From Alphaproteobacteria bacterium (GTDB lineage Bacteria > Pseudomonadota > Alphaproteobacteria > JANSWW01), in the NCBI GenBank assembly GCA_024743275.1, contig JANSWW010000010.1, positions 145,728 to 209,727 on the forward strand: a stretch of 64,000 nt of DNA. Reading direction: 5' to 3'. The position numbers and the translations under genes are program-made. Position 1 is the first letter of the stretch. Each line of letters begins with the position of its first letter. Positions 26,228 through 34,833 of this stretch are shown one piece after another. The notes below the pieces were generated by a model, which did no database searches, had not been told where the DNA came from, and worked only from the letters and a program-made list of their open reading frames with translations.

Positions 26228-27496
26228 TCATCGCCCCTTCGCCTTGGTCCCATTGACCACGTCGGAGATCAGGGCGACATGTTGATCGAGGCACACACTG
26301 TGGAGGTCGTAGCGCTTCACCACCAATTCCCGGGCGGCTTTCGCCCGGACCCGGGCGGCCTCCGGATCGGACAGCGTTCGGTCCACGGCCTCGGCCAATG
26401 CGGCGGGATCGAAGAAATCGACCAATAGGCCGGTCTCGCCGTCTTTCATGACTTCCGTCACCGGCTGTGTCGCGGAGGCGACGATCCGGCATTCCGCCGA
26501 CATCGCCTCCAGGAAAGACCAGGAAAGGACGAAGGGATAGGTCAGATATACGTGACAGCTCGACACCTGGAGCATCGTGATGAAGTCTTCATAGGCAAGC
26601 TTGCCTATGAAGTGGACCCGCGACAGATCGATCTTGTCGCCGACCTCGGCCATCATGATTTCGCGATAAGTCCCGTTTTCGGGGCGTTTGCCATAACTGA
26701 CATCGTCGCCGCCGACGATCAGCACACGGGCGTTGGGCCGGCGCCTTAGAATCTCGGGCAGCGCACGCATGAAGACGTGGAACCCACGATAAGGCTCCAG
26801 GTTCCGATTGACGAAGGTGATGATCTCGTCTTCTTGCCGGCTGACCGTCTTTTGTTGTCCGTCGCTCGAGAAGGTTAACGTGGCGTCCGGATTAGGGACA
26901 AGTCTCTGTGTCTCGATGCCATCATGGATCGTATCGATGAAAGGACGGAACGGCTTCGGAAACTGGGATCGTTGCCACTCCGTTGGACTGACCCCCCAAT
27001 CCATGGCGTCAAGACTGAGCAGGATGGGTGCGTTCTTCACCCGAATTCGAAATTGGTCGTCGAATTCGTTAGGGAACTCCGGGTCGAAATCCACATCCGC
27101 ACCTTTGGAATTATAATAAAACTCCAAAAAAGTGAGCTGCTTGGCGTCTGGGAAGACTTCTTTCAAAAACATCGTTTCCCCCCATCCGTGATGACCACAG
27201 ATGATATCGGGGGTGAACTTCTGCTTTAACTCGAGGAGAGCCCGGACCAATGTCTGGCCGCGCCGGATCTGACCCTCGAACGGTTTGATGTATTTGTGCG
27301 TGTTCGGGCCGGGACCGGGCGGTGTTTTATAGCCGAGGATGGGAAAGGGCGTGTTCTTTTGCTTTGGAATGTTCCGGGATTCGCCGATCCCAATGACCTG
27401 CGCGTTCATGGTTCGCGCTATTTTGGGCGCCATGTGACGGTATTGGCCCGGAAAGTTCTGATGAACGAAAAGGATTCGAACAGAAGGGCTGGTCAT
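26228..27496 (-). CDS. Glycosyltransferase, GT-B fold, family 4-like.
   Basis: Starts MTSPSVRILFVHQNFPGQY at the ATG at 27496. C-terminal layout LIVGGDDVSYG...HFIGKL...YLTYPFVLSWSFLEAMSAECRIVAS is typical. Confidence 0.75.
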   Translation of the reverse strand: MTSPSVRILFVHQNFPGQYRHMAPKIARTMNAQVIGIGESRNIPKQKNTPFPILGYKTPPGPGPNTHKYIKPFEGQIRRGQTLVRALLELKQKFTPDIICGHHGWGETMFLKEVFPDAKQLTFLEFYYNSKGADVDFDPEFPNEFDDQFRIRVKNAPILLSLDAMDWGVSPTEWQRSQFPKPFRPFIDTIHDGIETQRLVPNPDATLTFSSDGQQKTVSRQEDEIITFVNRNLEPYRGFHVFMRALPEILRRRPNARVLIVGGDDVSYGKRPENGTYREIMMAEVGDKIDLSRVHFIGKLAYEDFITMLQVSSCHVYLTYPFVLSWSFLEAMSAECRIVASATQPVTEVMKDGETGLLVDFFDPAALAEAVDRTLSDPEAARVRAKAARELVVKRYDLHSVCLDQHVALISDVVNGTKAKGR

Positions 27497-27600
27497 GAAG
27501 ACGCCTTGACGCAAACGGACGGACACGCAACAGAAAAACAGCACCGGCGGGTCGGTTTGACTACCCGACCCGCCGGATGCAAAAGCTGGCTGGGAATGCC

Positions 27601-28359
27601 TCAGGCAGCGCCTTTCATGCTCTCCGGAGTCATCCGAACATTGTAGATGATCAATCGCCGGTCGATACCTTCCTCGGTGATCGGCTCGACTCCATGGAAC
27701 GAGTCGCTGGTCTTGGGGAACATGAACAGACGGTTGGGGATGAAATCCGCCGTCGACACGCGGTCGAAAAGCTCCCGCTTGTGGTGCGGCCCGCCCTTAC
27801 ACTTGAAATTCGGATCCTTCGGCCGGTAGGTCGACGTGCCGTATTGGCGGTTCGAATCATCCTCCGGAGCATAGAACAACAAGGTAATGACGCGGTGAGG
27901 CGCATCGGTATGCGGCCCGATCGCATAGTTGGTGCGGTCGCTGATCAGAAGACCGTCACACTTCATCTGAATTCCCTTGCCCTTGTTCTTTTCGAGATAC
28001 CCGTCCTCCGCCAGCCTGCGCATGATCGGTTCCCGGAGTTTCCCAACGATGCCGTTCACGAAATCCTGCGAGGTTAGAATGCTCCAGAAATCGTTCCAGA
28101 AAGCCCGCCGCTTTTCATCCAGGCGCTTGAGATGTTCCTCTTCGAACAGCACGACATGGCGATCCTTGTATCCGGACCGTCCGGTGGACGCGAGAGACTG
28201 GTAGGTATCCGTCTCGGGGAAGTTCTCCAGGATCTGCTGGTAGTAGTCGGGATCGAACACGTTGTCGACGACCACATGCGGAAACGGATCGGTTTCCACC
28301 GTGGCGTCGCCAATCTTTTGCAGCATATGGGACTTAACGGCGTCGGAAGACATATTCAC
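27601..28359 (-). CDS. 2-oxoglutarate/Fe(II)-dependent oxygenase-like protein.
   Basis: HxD...H facial-triad candidates are GPHTDAPH and SFHGVEP. 252 aa. The family call is tentative. Confidence 0.55.
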   Translation of the reverse strand: MNMSSDAVKSHMLQKIGDATVETDPFPHVVVDNVFDPDYYQQILENFPETDTYQSLASTGRSGYKDRHVVLFEEEHLKRLDEKRRAFWNDFWSILTSQDFVNGIVGKLREPIMRRLAEDGYLEKNKGKGIQMKCDGLLISDRTNYAIGPHTDAPHRVITLLFYAPEDDSNRQYGTSTYRPKDPNFKCKGGPHHKRELFDRVSTADFIPNRLFMFPKTSDSFHGVEPITEEGIDRRLIIYNVRMTPESMKGAA

Positions 28360-29728
28360 CTACTCCTTCAAAAGATCCTTCTTTACGCGCGGACGCCGCC
28401 ACTTGGTCTTTGTCAAAATCGAACCCGGCGGCCTGAAGTTCCTTGATGACCCACTGATGCTCTTCAAGCTTTGGATTGAGTTCGATCAATACCTCCCGAA
28501 GCGTCTGGTCGCGAAGTGTTTTTTCGCAGCCCTTGATAACCTTGTGCTCAAGGCCGTCAACGTCGATCTTCAAATAGTGGGGCGCGGGAATGGTCTTGTC
28601 GGCGACCAACTCGTCGAGCGTGACACTGACCGAACCTTGAACGAATCTCTGCTTGCCGGAGCGCTGCTGGAGATTGTGGTCGGTGTTCTGCCCAAAGGTG
28701 TGCACCGACGACCCTTGCGAAAAGTTCGAAAGAAACAGGTTCGAAACCTTGGATTCGTCGGATAGCGCGAAGGGATACGCCGTCACCTGCTCGTTGACGT
28801 TATTCATGTGAATATTGCGATTGAGGATCGCGTAATTCTGCGATTCCGGCTCGAACGCATAGACGAACATCTTGCGGACCACGGCGGCAAACATCGTGTA
28901 CATGCCGACATTCGCCCCGATGTCGACCAAAACCGTCCCCGGTTCCATCGCCGCGAGCCAGTCTATCGTCACCGGCTCTTTGGTTGACAGCGTCTTGACC
29001 CGCCAGGCGCACATCGAATTCGGGGTGTAGTATTGGATTTTTTCGTGCCCGACCGCGACGGACATCGACGGAATTAGTTTCTCGTAGTCCTTCAGAGCCA
29101 TGCTCTTGATCGGGTCTTTCTTTTCCGTCTCGATCGACCCGATCTTGCTCGACACCGCGGTCGCCGACGCCTCGTCCTTATGCGCGACGATCACGAGCAG
29201 CGCATGGCCCTGGTCGTTGAAATGGAGCAACTGGAACCGTTCAAGGATCTTCGGCAACCACCAATCCGCCCGTTCCTGGATCAGATGCGCGTTGCGGCCA
29301 TCGGAAAGCACCTTCCGGGCCGGGCCAGTCGCGATCGTAAAAAATCCGAAGCGCTTGGTAACGCGATGGAGATCATCGAGAACATTCTCGATGAGATCCG
29401 GTTCGATGTGCTCCAAGACATCAAGACAGACCACCAGATCTTCCGGTTCCGGGGCCGTCGAGATCTCTTCGATGGCCGGGTCGAAAGGCTTATAGGTCAG
29501 TCCCGCCTTGGCATCGTCGAGGGCTTTGCCAAGACGCTGTTTCCCCGCGCCATAATCCAGGAGCGCGTTGACCCCGGCCAGTTTCGCGAAAGCGGCGACC
29601 CGCCCGGCCCAGTGTTGAGAAGCGACACCGTAATCCGCTCGATCGGCATGCAACTCCGATTGCAGCTTGCGATAGTCTTCGCTGATCAAGGACTTCGGCT
29701 GATCTTCCTTAAGATCCGTATCCGACAT
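28334..29728 (-). CDS. Two-domain methyltransferase: an N-terminal class I SAM methyltransferase plus a C-terminal FkbM-family methyltransferase.
   Basis: N-terminal domain: LLDYGAGKQRLG...VVCLDVLEHI. C-terminal domain: VLVDIGANVGMYTMFAA...FEPESQNYAILNRN. The ATG at 29728 is preceded by GGAG. The 3' end overlaps the next gene by 26 nt. Confidence 0.8.
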   Translation of the reverse strand: MSDTDLKEDQPKSLISEDYRKLQSELHADRADYGVASQHWAGRVAAFAKLAGVNALLDYGAGKQRLGKALDDAKAGLTYKPFDPAIEEISTAPEPEDLVVCLDVLEHIEPDLIENVLDDLHRVTKRFGFFTIATGPARKVLSDGRNAHLIQERADWWLPKILERFQLLHFNDQGHALLVIVAHKDEASATAVSSKIGSIETEKKDPIKSMALKDYEKLIPSMSVAVGHEKIQYYTPNSMCAWRVKTLSTKEPVTIDWLAAMEPGTVLVDIGANVGMYTMFAAVVRKMFVYAFEPESQNYAILNRNIHMNNVNEQVTAYPFALSDESKVSNLFLSNFSQGSSVHTFGQNTDHNLQQRSGKQRFVQGSVSVTLDELVADKTIPAPHYLKIDVDGLEHKVIKGCEKTLRDQTLREVLIELNPKLEEHQWVIKELQAAGFDFDKDQVAASARKEGSFEGVGEYVFRRR

Positions 29729-29756
29729 GACATTCTCCAGAATTCTAATAAGTGCC

Positions 29757-30809
29757 TCAGGCGACGCCACGCCGCAAGCAATCATGGATGTGGATGAGGC
29801 CGACGAGCTTTTGGTCGTCGATCACCAGAAGACTGGTGATCCGTTTGTCGTTCATAATACGAACGGCTTCGGCGGCCAACATGTTCGATGGGACTGCCTG
29901 CGGAGTCCGCGACATGATTTCCTGAACCGGTTTACCCATAACATCTGGCGCCATGTGACGCCGGAGATCGCCATCCGTAAAAATGCCCAGGAGATTGATG
30001 TTTCCCGACTTGTTGATCTGATTGACGACGATCGCACAGCCATAGCTTTTCGACGTCATGTGCAACAAGACATCTCCGACGACCGTCGTCGGGGAGACCA
30101 GGGGCAACTGCTTCGTGGGGAGCATCAGATCGGCGACCCGCAAGAGCTTCTGCCCCAATCGGCCACCGGGATGGAAATTGCTGAATCCATCGCTCGTAAA
30201 GCCCATCCGTTCGAGCAAGGCGATCGCCAAGGCGTCACCAAGCGCCATCATCATGGTCGTCGATGTGGTTGGGGCCAATCCCATGGGGCAGGCTTCGGGA
30301 ACGTCTGGAAGCTGGAGGCACACGTCCGCCTCCGATCCAATGAGCGAGGCGCGGTTGCTGGTAATCGAAATCATCGGAATGGCGAAACGCTTGCAGTATT
30401 GCGTGATGTCGGCCAGCTCCGATGTATTGCCCGAATTGGACAAAAGGACCACGGCATCTCCCTTGACGATCATGCCGAGGTCGCCATGCGATGCCTCGCC
30501 AGGATGGACGAACATCGCCGGCGTACCCGTCGATGCCAGCGTCGCCGCGATCTTGCGGGCGACATGACCGCTCTTGCCCATTCCGGACAACACAACACGG
30601 CCAGACAGTCCCGCGATCAAGTCGACAGCCTCGACGAAATCGGCGCCGATCGTATCCGCCAGCGTCTCTACCGCCCGCGCTTCCTGACGCAAGGTACGCG
30701 TCGCGGCAGCGATGGGATCGAACGCGTTATCGGATACCGCCTCGAGCCTGCCGTCATGTTCGGTGGACGTAATTGCCGTCGACATCGTACTTCTTCCCAC
30801 TTCCGGCAT
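29757..30809 (-). CDS. kpsF: Arabinose-5-phosphate isomerase (KpsF/GutQ family: one SIS domain plus two CBS domains).
   Basis: SIS motif VVLSGMGKSGHVARKIAATLASTGTPAMFVHPGEASHGDLG and C-terminal CBS pair. The start codon shares one base with the HlyD stop codon (TGATG). Confidence 0.9.
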   Translation of the reverse strand: MPEVGRSTMSTAITSTEHDGRLEAVSDNAFDPIAAATRTLRQEARAVETLADTIGADFVEAVDLIAGLSGRVVLSGMGKSGHVARKIAATLASTGTPAMFVHPGEASHGDLGMIVKGDAVVLLSNSGNTSELADITQYCKRFAIPMISITSNRASLIGSEADVCLQLPDVPEACPMGLAPTTSTTMMMALGDALAIALLERMGFTSDGFSNFHPGGRLGQKLLRVADLMLPTKQLPLVSPTTVVGDVLLHMTSKSYGCAIVVNQINKSGNINLLGIFTDGDLRRHMAPDVMGKPVQEIMSRTPQAVPSNMLAAEAVRIMNDKRITSLLVIDDQKLVGLIHIHDCLRRGVA

Positions 30810-32185
30810 CAGGGCGCCTGGAACCCGTCCTCGAAGGTGTCGATCACCGGATCGACGAAAAACCGTAACGCCGTCCGTTCACCGACCTTAAACAGCACCT
30901 CGGCATTCATGCCAGGCACGACGCGGTGGTTTTCGACGAGCTTCATCTGGTCCTCGTCGACCCGGACCTGGGCCAAATAGTATCGCCTGCCCCGTCGTTC
31001 GTCCTCGATGATATCCGCCGACACCGATATGACCGACCCATGGAGGATGGGCGTCCGCTTCTGGGCCTTGAGACCGCCCGCGAAGATGAACTTCACCTCC
31101 GCCGGCATCCCGGGGCGAACGGTTTCGATATCTTTCGGCGAAATCTGAACCTCGACAAGCATCTCCTCGTCGTTCGGGACGATCCACATCAGTTCCTGCG
31201 CCGGTCTGACGACACTTCCTTCGGTATGCACCGCGAGGTCGATGATTCTACCCGAATGGGGGGCCCGAACATCCGTCCGCCCGAGCCGCTGATGGGCCAC
31301 CACCAACTGCTGTCTGATTTCCTCAATGCTCTCGCGGGAAGACTGAAGTCGCGAAAGCTGTTCGCTCCGGCGTCTCTGCTTCAGTTGCATCGCCTGCATG
31401 CGGGCCTCGCCGATCTGGACCTGCGAGTTCGAGATATCGGCCTCGTTCGCGCCGGCCTGGCCTTCCAGAGCCGCGGCCTGTCGTTCCAACGCGAACACGC
31501 GGGTCCGCGACACATGCCCCTTATCCAGAAGCTGACGCAGACCGTTCAGTTCCTCGGTAATCAACCGGTACTGCTCTTTTTGGGCATCGTTCTGGGCAAC
31601 GATCCCTTCGATCCGTTTCTCAAGCTGAACGACCCGTTGAGCGAGGATTTCGAGCTCCCCCTCCAATTCGGCCTCTCGGGACTCGAACAAGTCCTGCTGA
31701 TCGGCCATAAGCCCCGCGACCTTTGGGTCGTCGGCCCGCTCCAGCAATGCGTCGGGAAAGGAAATCGCCGACGCGCCCGCCAATTCCGCCACGAGTCGGG
31801 CTTCCTGCCCCAGTGCGAGATCAAGCCGATTGCGCAGGGTGCTGATGTTTGCTTCGATCTCGGTGCGATCCAACTGGATGAGAAGATCGCCTTTTTCGAC
31901 CGCCTGATCCTCCTCGATATACACTTTGGAGACGATGCCGCCGTCGAGATGGTCCACCACCTGCCGCTCGGTCTCGATCTTCAGCGTACCGGCGGCCGTG
32001 ACCCCGCGCGCCAGGTCCGCGATGGCGGCCCAGGCTCCGAAGCCGAAGAACATTGTCAAGATCACCGCGACACCGATCCAAACCGGCCTTCTTGGATCCA
32101 CGCGGGATTTACGGCGTTCCGACGCCGCCGATTCCAGTGACTTCAGGATGTCCCGCCGGGACGTCGTATCGAGCGCTACCGCCAT
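30809..32185 (-). CDS. Type I secretion system membrane fusion protein (HlyD family periplasmic adaptor), system 1.
   Basis: One N-terminal transmembrane segment, a long coiled-coil region and the C-terminal motif GMPAEVLFKVGERTAL..F..P typical of HlyD/PrtE. The start overlaps the ABC stop codon (TAATG). Confidence 0.9.
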   Translation of the reverse strand: MAVALDTTSRRDILKSLESAASERRKSRVDPRRPVWIGVAVILTMFFGFGAWAAIADLARGVTAAGTLKIETERQVVDHLDGGIVSKVYIEEDQAVEKGDLLIQLDRTEIEANISTLRNRLDLALGQEARLVAELAGASAISFPDALLERADDPKVAGLMADQQDLFESREAELEGELEILAQRVVQLEKRIEGIVAQNDAQKEQYRLITEELNGLRQLLDKGHVSRTRVFALERQAAALEGQAGANEADISNSQVQIGEARMQAMQLKQRRRSEQLSRLQSSRESIEEIRQQLVVAHQRLGRTDVRAPHSGRIIDLAVHTEGSVVRPAQELMWIVPNDEEMLVEVQISPKDIETVRPGMPAEVKFIFAGGLKAQKRTPILHGSVISVSADIIEDERRGRRYYLAQVRVDEDQMKLVENHRVVPGMNAEVLFKVGERTALRFFVDPVIDTFEDGFQAP

Positions 32186-33957
32186 TACTGCCCGCCCCCC
32201 TCATTGGTTAGCCGGTTGTCGTCGCCTTCTTCCGGGAGCTTTGCGTCGCCGTTATCGGCGGTGATTTGAGGCCGTTTAACCGCCCCTAACAGACCCGGCA
32301 TGACTTCACCCGCGGGCCCGAAGCGCTCGACATATCCACCTCTAATGAACATCAGCTTGTCCATTGTTCGCAGCATCTGCGGCGTATGTGTGGCGATGAT
32401 CACCGTCACACCCTCTTTCTTGAGATCGTTGAGCGCACTCAGGAGCGCGCTGGTTCCTTCTCCGTCCAAATGGGCGTTGGGTTCGTCGAGGACAACAATC
32501 TGCGGATTGTCATAGAGTGCCCGGGCTAGACCGATGCGCTGCCGCTGGCCGCCGGACAGAAGGTGGCCGAACTCCCCGACATCGGTCTGATAGCCGTTGG
32601 GAAGCGCGGTGATGAGATCGTGGGCCTTGGCGCGCCCCGCCGCCTCGATGATCTTCGCGTCGTCCGCCTCGCCCAATCGAGCGATGTTCTCGGCGACGCT
32701 ACCGACAAAGAGTTCGACATCCTGCGGCAGATAGCCGATGGCGGAGCCGATCTGATCCTGATCCCAGGTCTTGATGTCGGCCCCGTCTATTCGAATGACG
32801 CCGCTGGCGGGCGCCAGGCCGCCGATCAGTAGTTTCAGCAAAGTGGATTTGCCTGCGCCGCTCGGTCCGACAACGCCCAGTTGCTCGCCGGGCTCCAGCT
32901 TGAAACTGACACGGCGGATTATCGACGGGCCGCCTTTTGGCCCGTAGACCACCTTTGAGAAATCGATCGCCCCCTTAACCTCCGGCAGCCTAACGGCTTC
33001 GCGATCCTCCGTGAAGTTGTCGAGCAAGTAACGAATCCGGCGGTACGAGTCCTTCGCCACAAGAACCTGCGGCCAGGAGGCGATTCCCATCTCCAAAGGT
33101 CCAATGGCGCGTGACAGCAGGATATTCGCGGCGATCATGGCCCCGGGAGAAATCTCCTGCATGACAGCGTAGTAGGCGCCGATCCCAAGCACACCGATCT
33201 GCATCAGAAAGCGCAAGGTCGTCGTGGCGGCCCCCGCCATCCCCTGGCGAATCGCCCCGTCGTCCTGCAATTCAACCGCGTCATCATGTTGGCGCAGCCA
33301 GCGATGCCGCAAATGCCCCAGCATGCCCATCGAGCCCAGGGCGTCGAGGTTGACGAGGCTGCGCTCGACCAAGCGGGACGCATTGCGTTGCTGCTTCAAC
33401 CCCATTTCCGTGGGTCCACGCACCAGCCGATCGGAGAAAATGCCGATCGCGGCAATGATCAGAGACCCGATCAGCACGAACAAGCCGATCACCGGATGGA
33501 TCATGAAGATGATCAAAAGGAAGAAGGGGGACCAGGGCAGGTCCAGGATTGCGGTCACCGACCGCCCGGAAATGAAATTGCGCAGGAAATAGACGTCCTG
33601 GATAGCCTGAGACGGATAAATCTCAGGGGCCGTCTTCTGTGCCTTGAAGATCGACTCGAAGACCCGGCCGGCAAGCAGATAGTCGATCCGGCCGGCAATC
33701 GAAACCAGGACCCGGGACCGGACCGCTTCCAAAATGCCCAGAACCACCAGAATACCAACCGTCACAATCGTTATGACAATCAGGGTGTCGACACTGCGGG
33801 TAGACAGAACTCGGTCGAAGATCTGGAGCATGTACACGGGTACAGCCAGCATCGCCAAGCTGATGAAGAAACTGAAGACGAAGACGTAGGCCAACGAACC
33901 GCGTATGGATTTTATAACGGCCGAGGCTTCACTGACCGCATTCTTTGCTTTCGCCAT
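32185..33957 (-). CDS. Type I secretion system ABC transporter (fused permease and ATPase, PrtD/AprD-like, no C39 peptidase domain), system 1.
   Basis: The N-terminal motif VPVYMLQIFDRVL is typical of the PrtD subgroup. Walker A GPSGAGKST, signature LSGGQRQR and Walker B IVVLDEP are present. Confidence 0.92.
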   Translation of the reverse strand: MAKAKNAVSEASAVIKSIRGSLAYVFVFSFFISLAMLAVPVYMLQIFDRVLSTRSVDTLIVITIVTVGILVVLGILEAVRSRVLVSIAGRIDYLLAGRVFESIFKAQKTAPEIYPSQAIQDVYFLRNFISGRSVTAILDLPWSPFFLLIIFMIHPVIGLFVLIGSLIIAAIGIFSDRLVRGPTEMGLKQQRNASRLVERSLVNLDALGSMGMLGHLRHRWLRQHDDAVELQDDGAIRQGMAGAATTTLRFLMQIGVLGIGAYYAVMQEISPGAMIAANILLSRAIGPLEMGIASWPQVLVAKDSYRRIRYLLDNFTEDREAVRLPEVKGAIDFSKVVYGPKGGPSIIRRVSFKLEPGEQLGVVGPSGAGKSTLLKLLIGGLAPASGVIRIDGADIKTWDQDQIGSAIGYLPQDVELFVGSVAENIARLGEADDAKIIEAAGRAKAHDLITALPNGYQTDVGEFGHLLSGGQRQRIGLARALYDNPQIVVLDEPNAHLDGEGTSALLSALNDLKKEGVTVIIATHTPQMLRTMDKLMFIRGGYVERFGPAGEVMPGLLGAVKRPQITADNGDAKLPEEGDDNRLTNEGGGQ

Positions 33958-34020
33958 TCAATTACCTAGCTTGGTCACCAATTCGGATAGCGGCGAGCGC
34001 CGCTCGATCCCTATGCCGGT

Positions 34021-34710
34021 TCAGGCCGCCTGCAATCGGCATTTTTCCGCCTGCCAGAGGTCCGCGTAGTCTACACTCTGCCAGTCCTTAAACCAAGGGC
34101 CGCCGCGGGTATAGTGGATCGCCTTCGGATAGCCCTCCTCCGGCCGTGGATAAAAGCCTTCCAACCAGTTCCAGGTGTAGGGCAAGTCGCCGATCAGGTC
34201 GTCCTCCAGCCACATGAAACGGTGGAGGAACATGCCGGACTCCGAGTTGACCACGTCGGGGGTCAGAATCCGGTTCTTCGGATGACCGGCATTATACAAG
34301 ACCATGCTCGACCAATTCTTCCGGGGATAGACCGTCTGGACCTGGCCATCCATCTTGGTCGTCTCCTTCGGGGTATAGTCGTGCTGGACGCACATCAGCG
34401 CCTTGGTCTCGTCGGCGAGCGCGAAAAGCTCCGCGACATCGGCGGTGTATAGAAAATCGCAATCGACGAAAAGGGCCCAGCCCTCGAAATTGGCCATATA
34501 GGGGGTTAGGAACCGGGTGAAGGAGAATTCCGTAGAGGAGAGCTTGTCCTCCGGGCGGGTATAGAGCCCTTGCTCACGCAGGTCTTGCTGCTTCAAAGGC
34601 ACGATGTCCAAAGGCACGGAGGCATGGCGACGAAGCGAACTGACGCAGACGTCGTAAGCCTCTTCCTCACGGCTGTCCCAGCCGATGAAAACCCGCAATC
34701 GGTCGGTCAT
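34021..34710 (-). CDS. GT-A fold glycosyltransferase, GT8-like. Paralog of 1968-2696.
   Basis: Starts MTDRLRVFIGWD at the ATG at 34710, preceded by GGAG. DxD-type motif ALFVDCDF. Clear block-wise similarity to the 1968-2696 product. Confidence 0.7.
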   Translation of the reverse strand: MTDRLRVFIGWDSREEEAYDVCVSSLRRHASVPLDIVPLKQQDLREQGLYTRPEDKLSSTEFSFTRFLTPYMANFEGWALFVDCDFLYTADVAELFALADETKALMCVQHDYTPKETTKMDGQVQTVYPRKNWSSMVLYNAGHPKNRILTPDVVNSESGMFLHRFMWLEDDLIGDLPYTWNWLEGFYPRPEEGYPKAIHYTRGGPWFKDWQSVDYADLWQAEKCRLQAA

Positions 34711-34833
34711 AATCCAATCTCCATCGCTTCCCTCTCGCCGCGGCGGCCAACCGCCGAACCGAGGTTTTCCAGTAACATCTTCGGATGTACGAGGCCGGTA
34801 GTGATATCCGTCCCATCCCGGCAATTCAAGCCG

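Noticed and set aside
29727-32140. Plus-strand ORFs 29727-30980 (417 aa) and 30926-32140 (404 aa).
   Set aside because: They are antisense to kpsF and the HlyD-family gene. No motifs are present, and the composition is biased.
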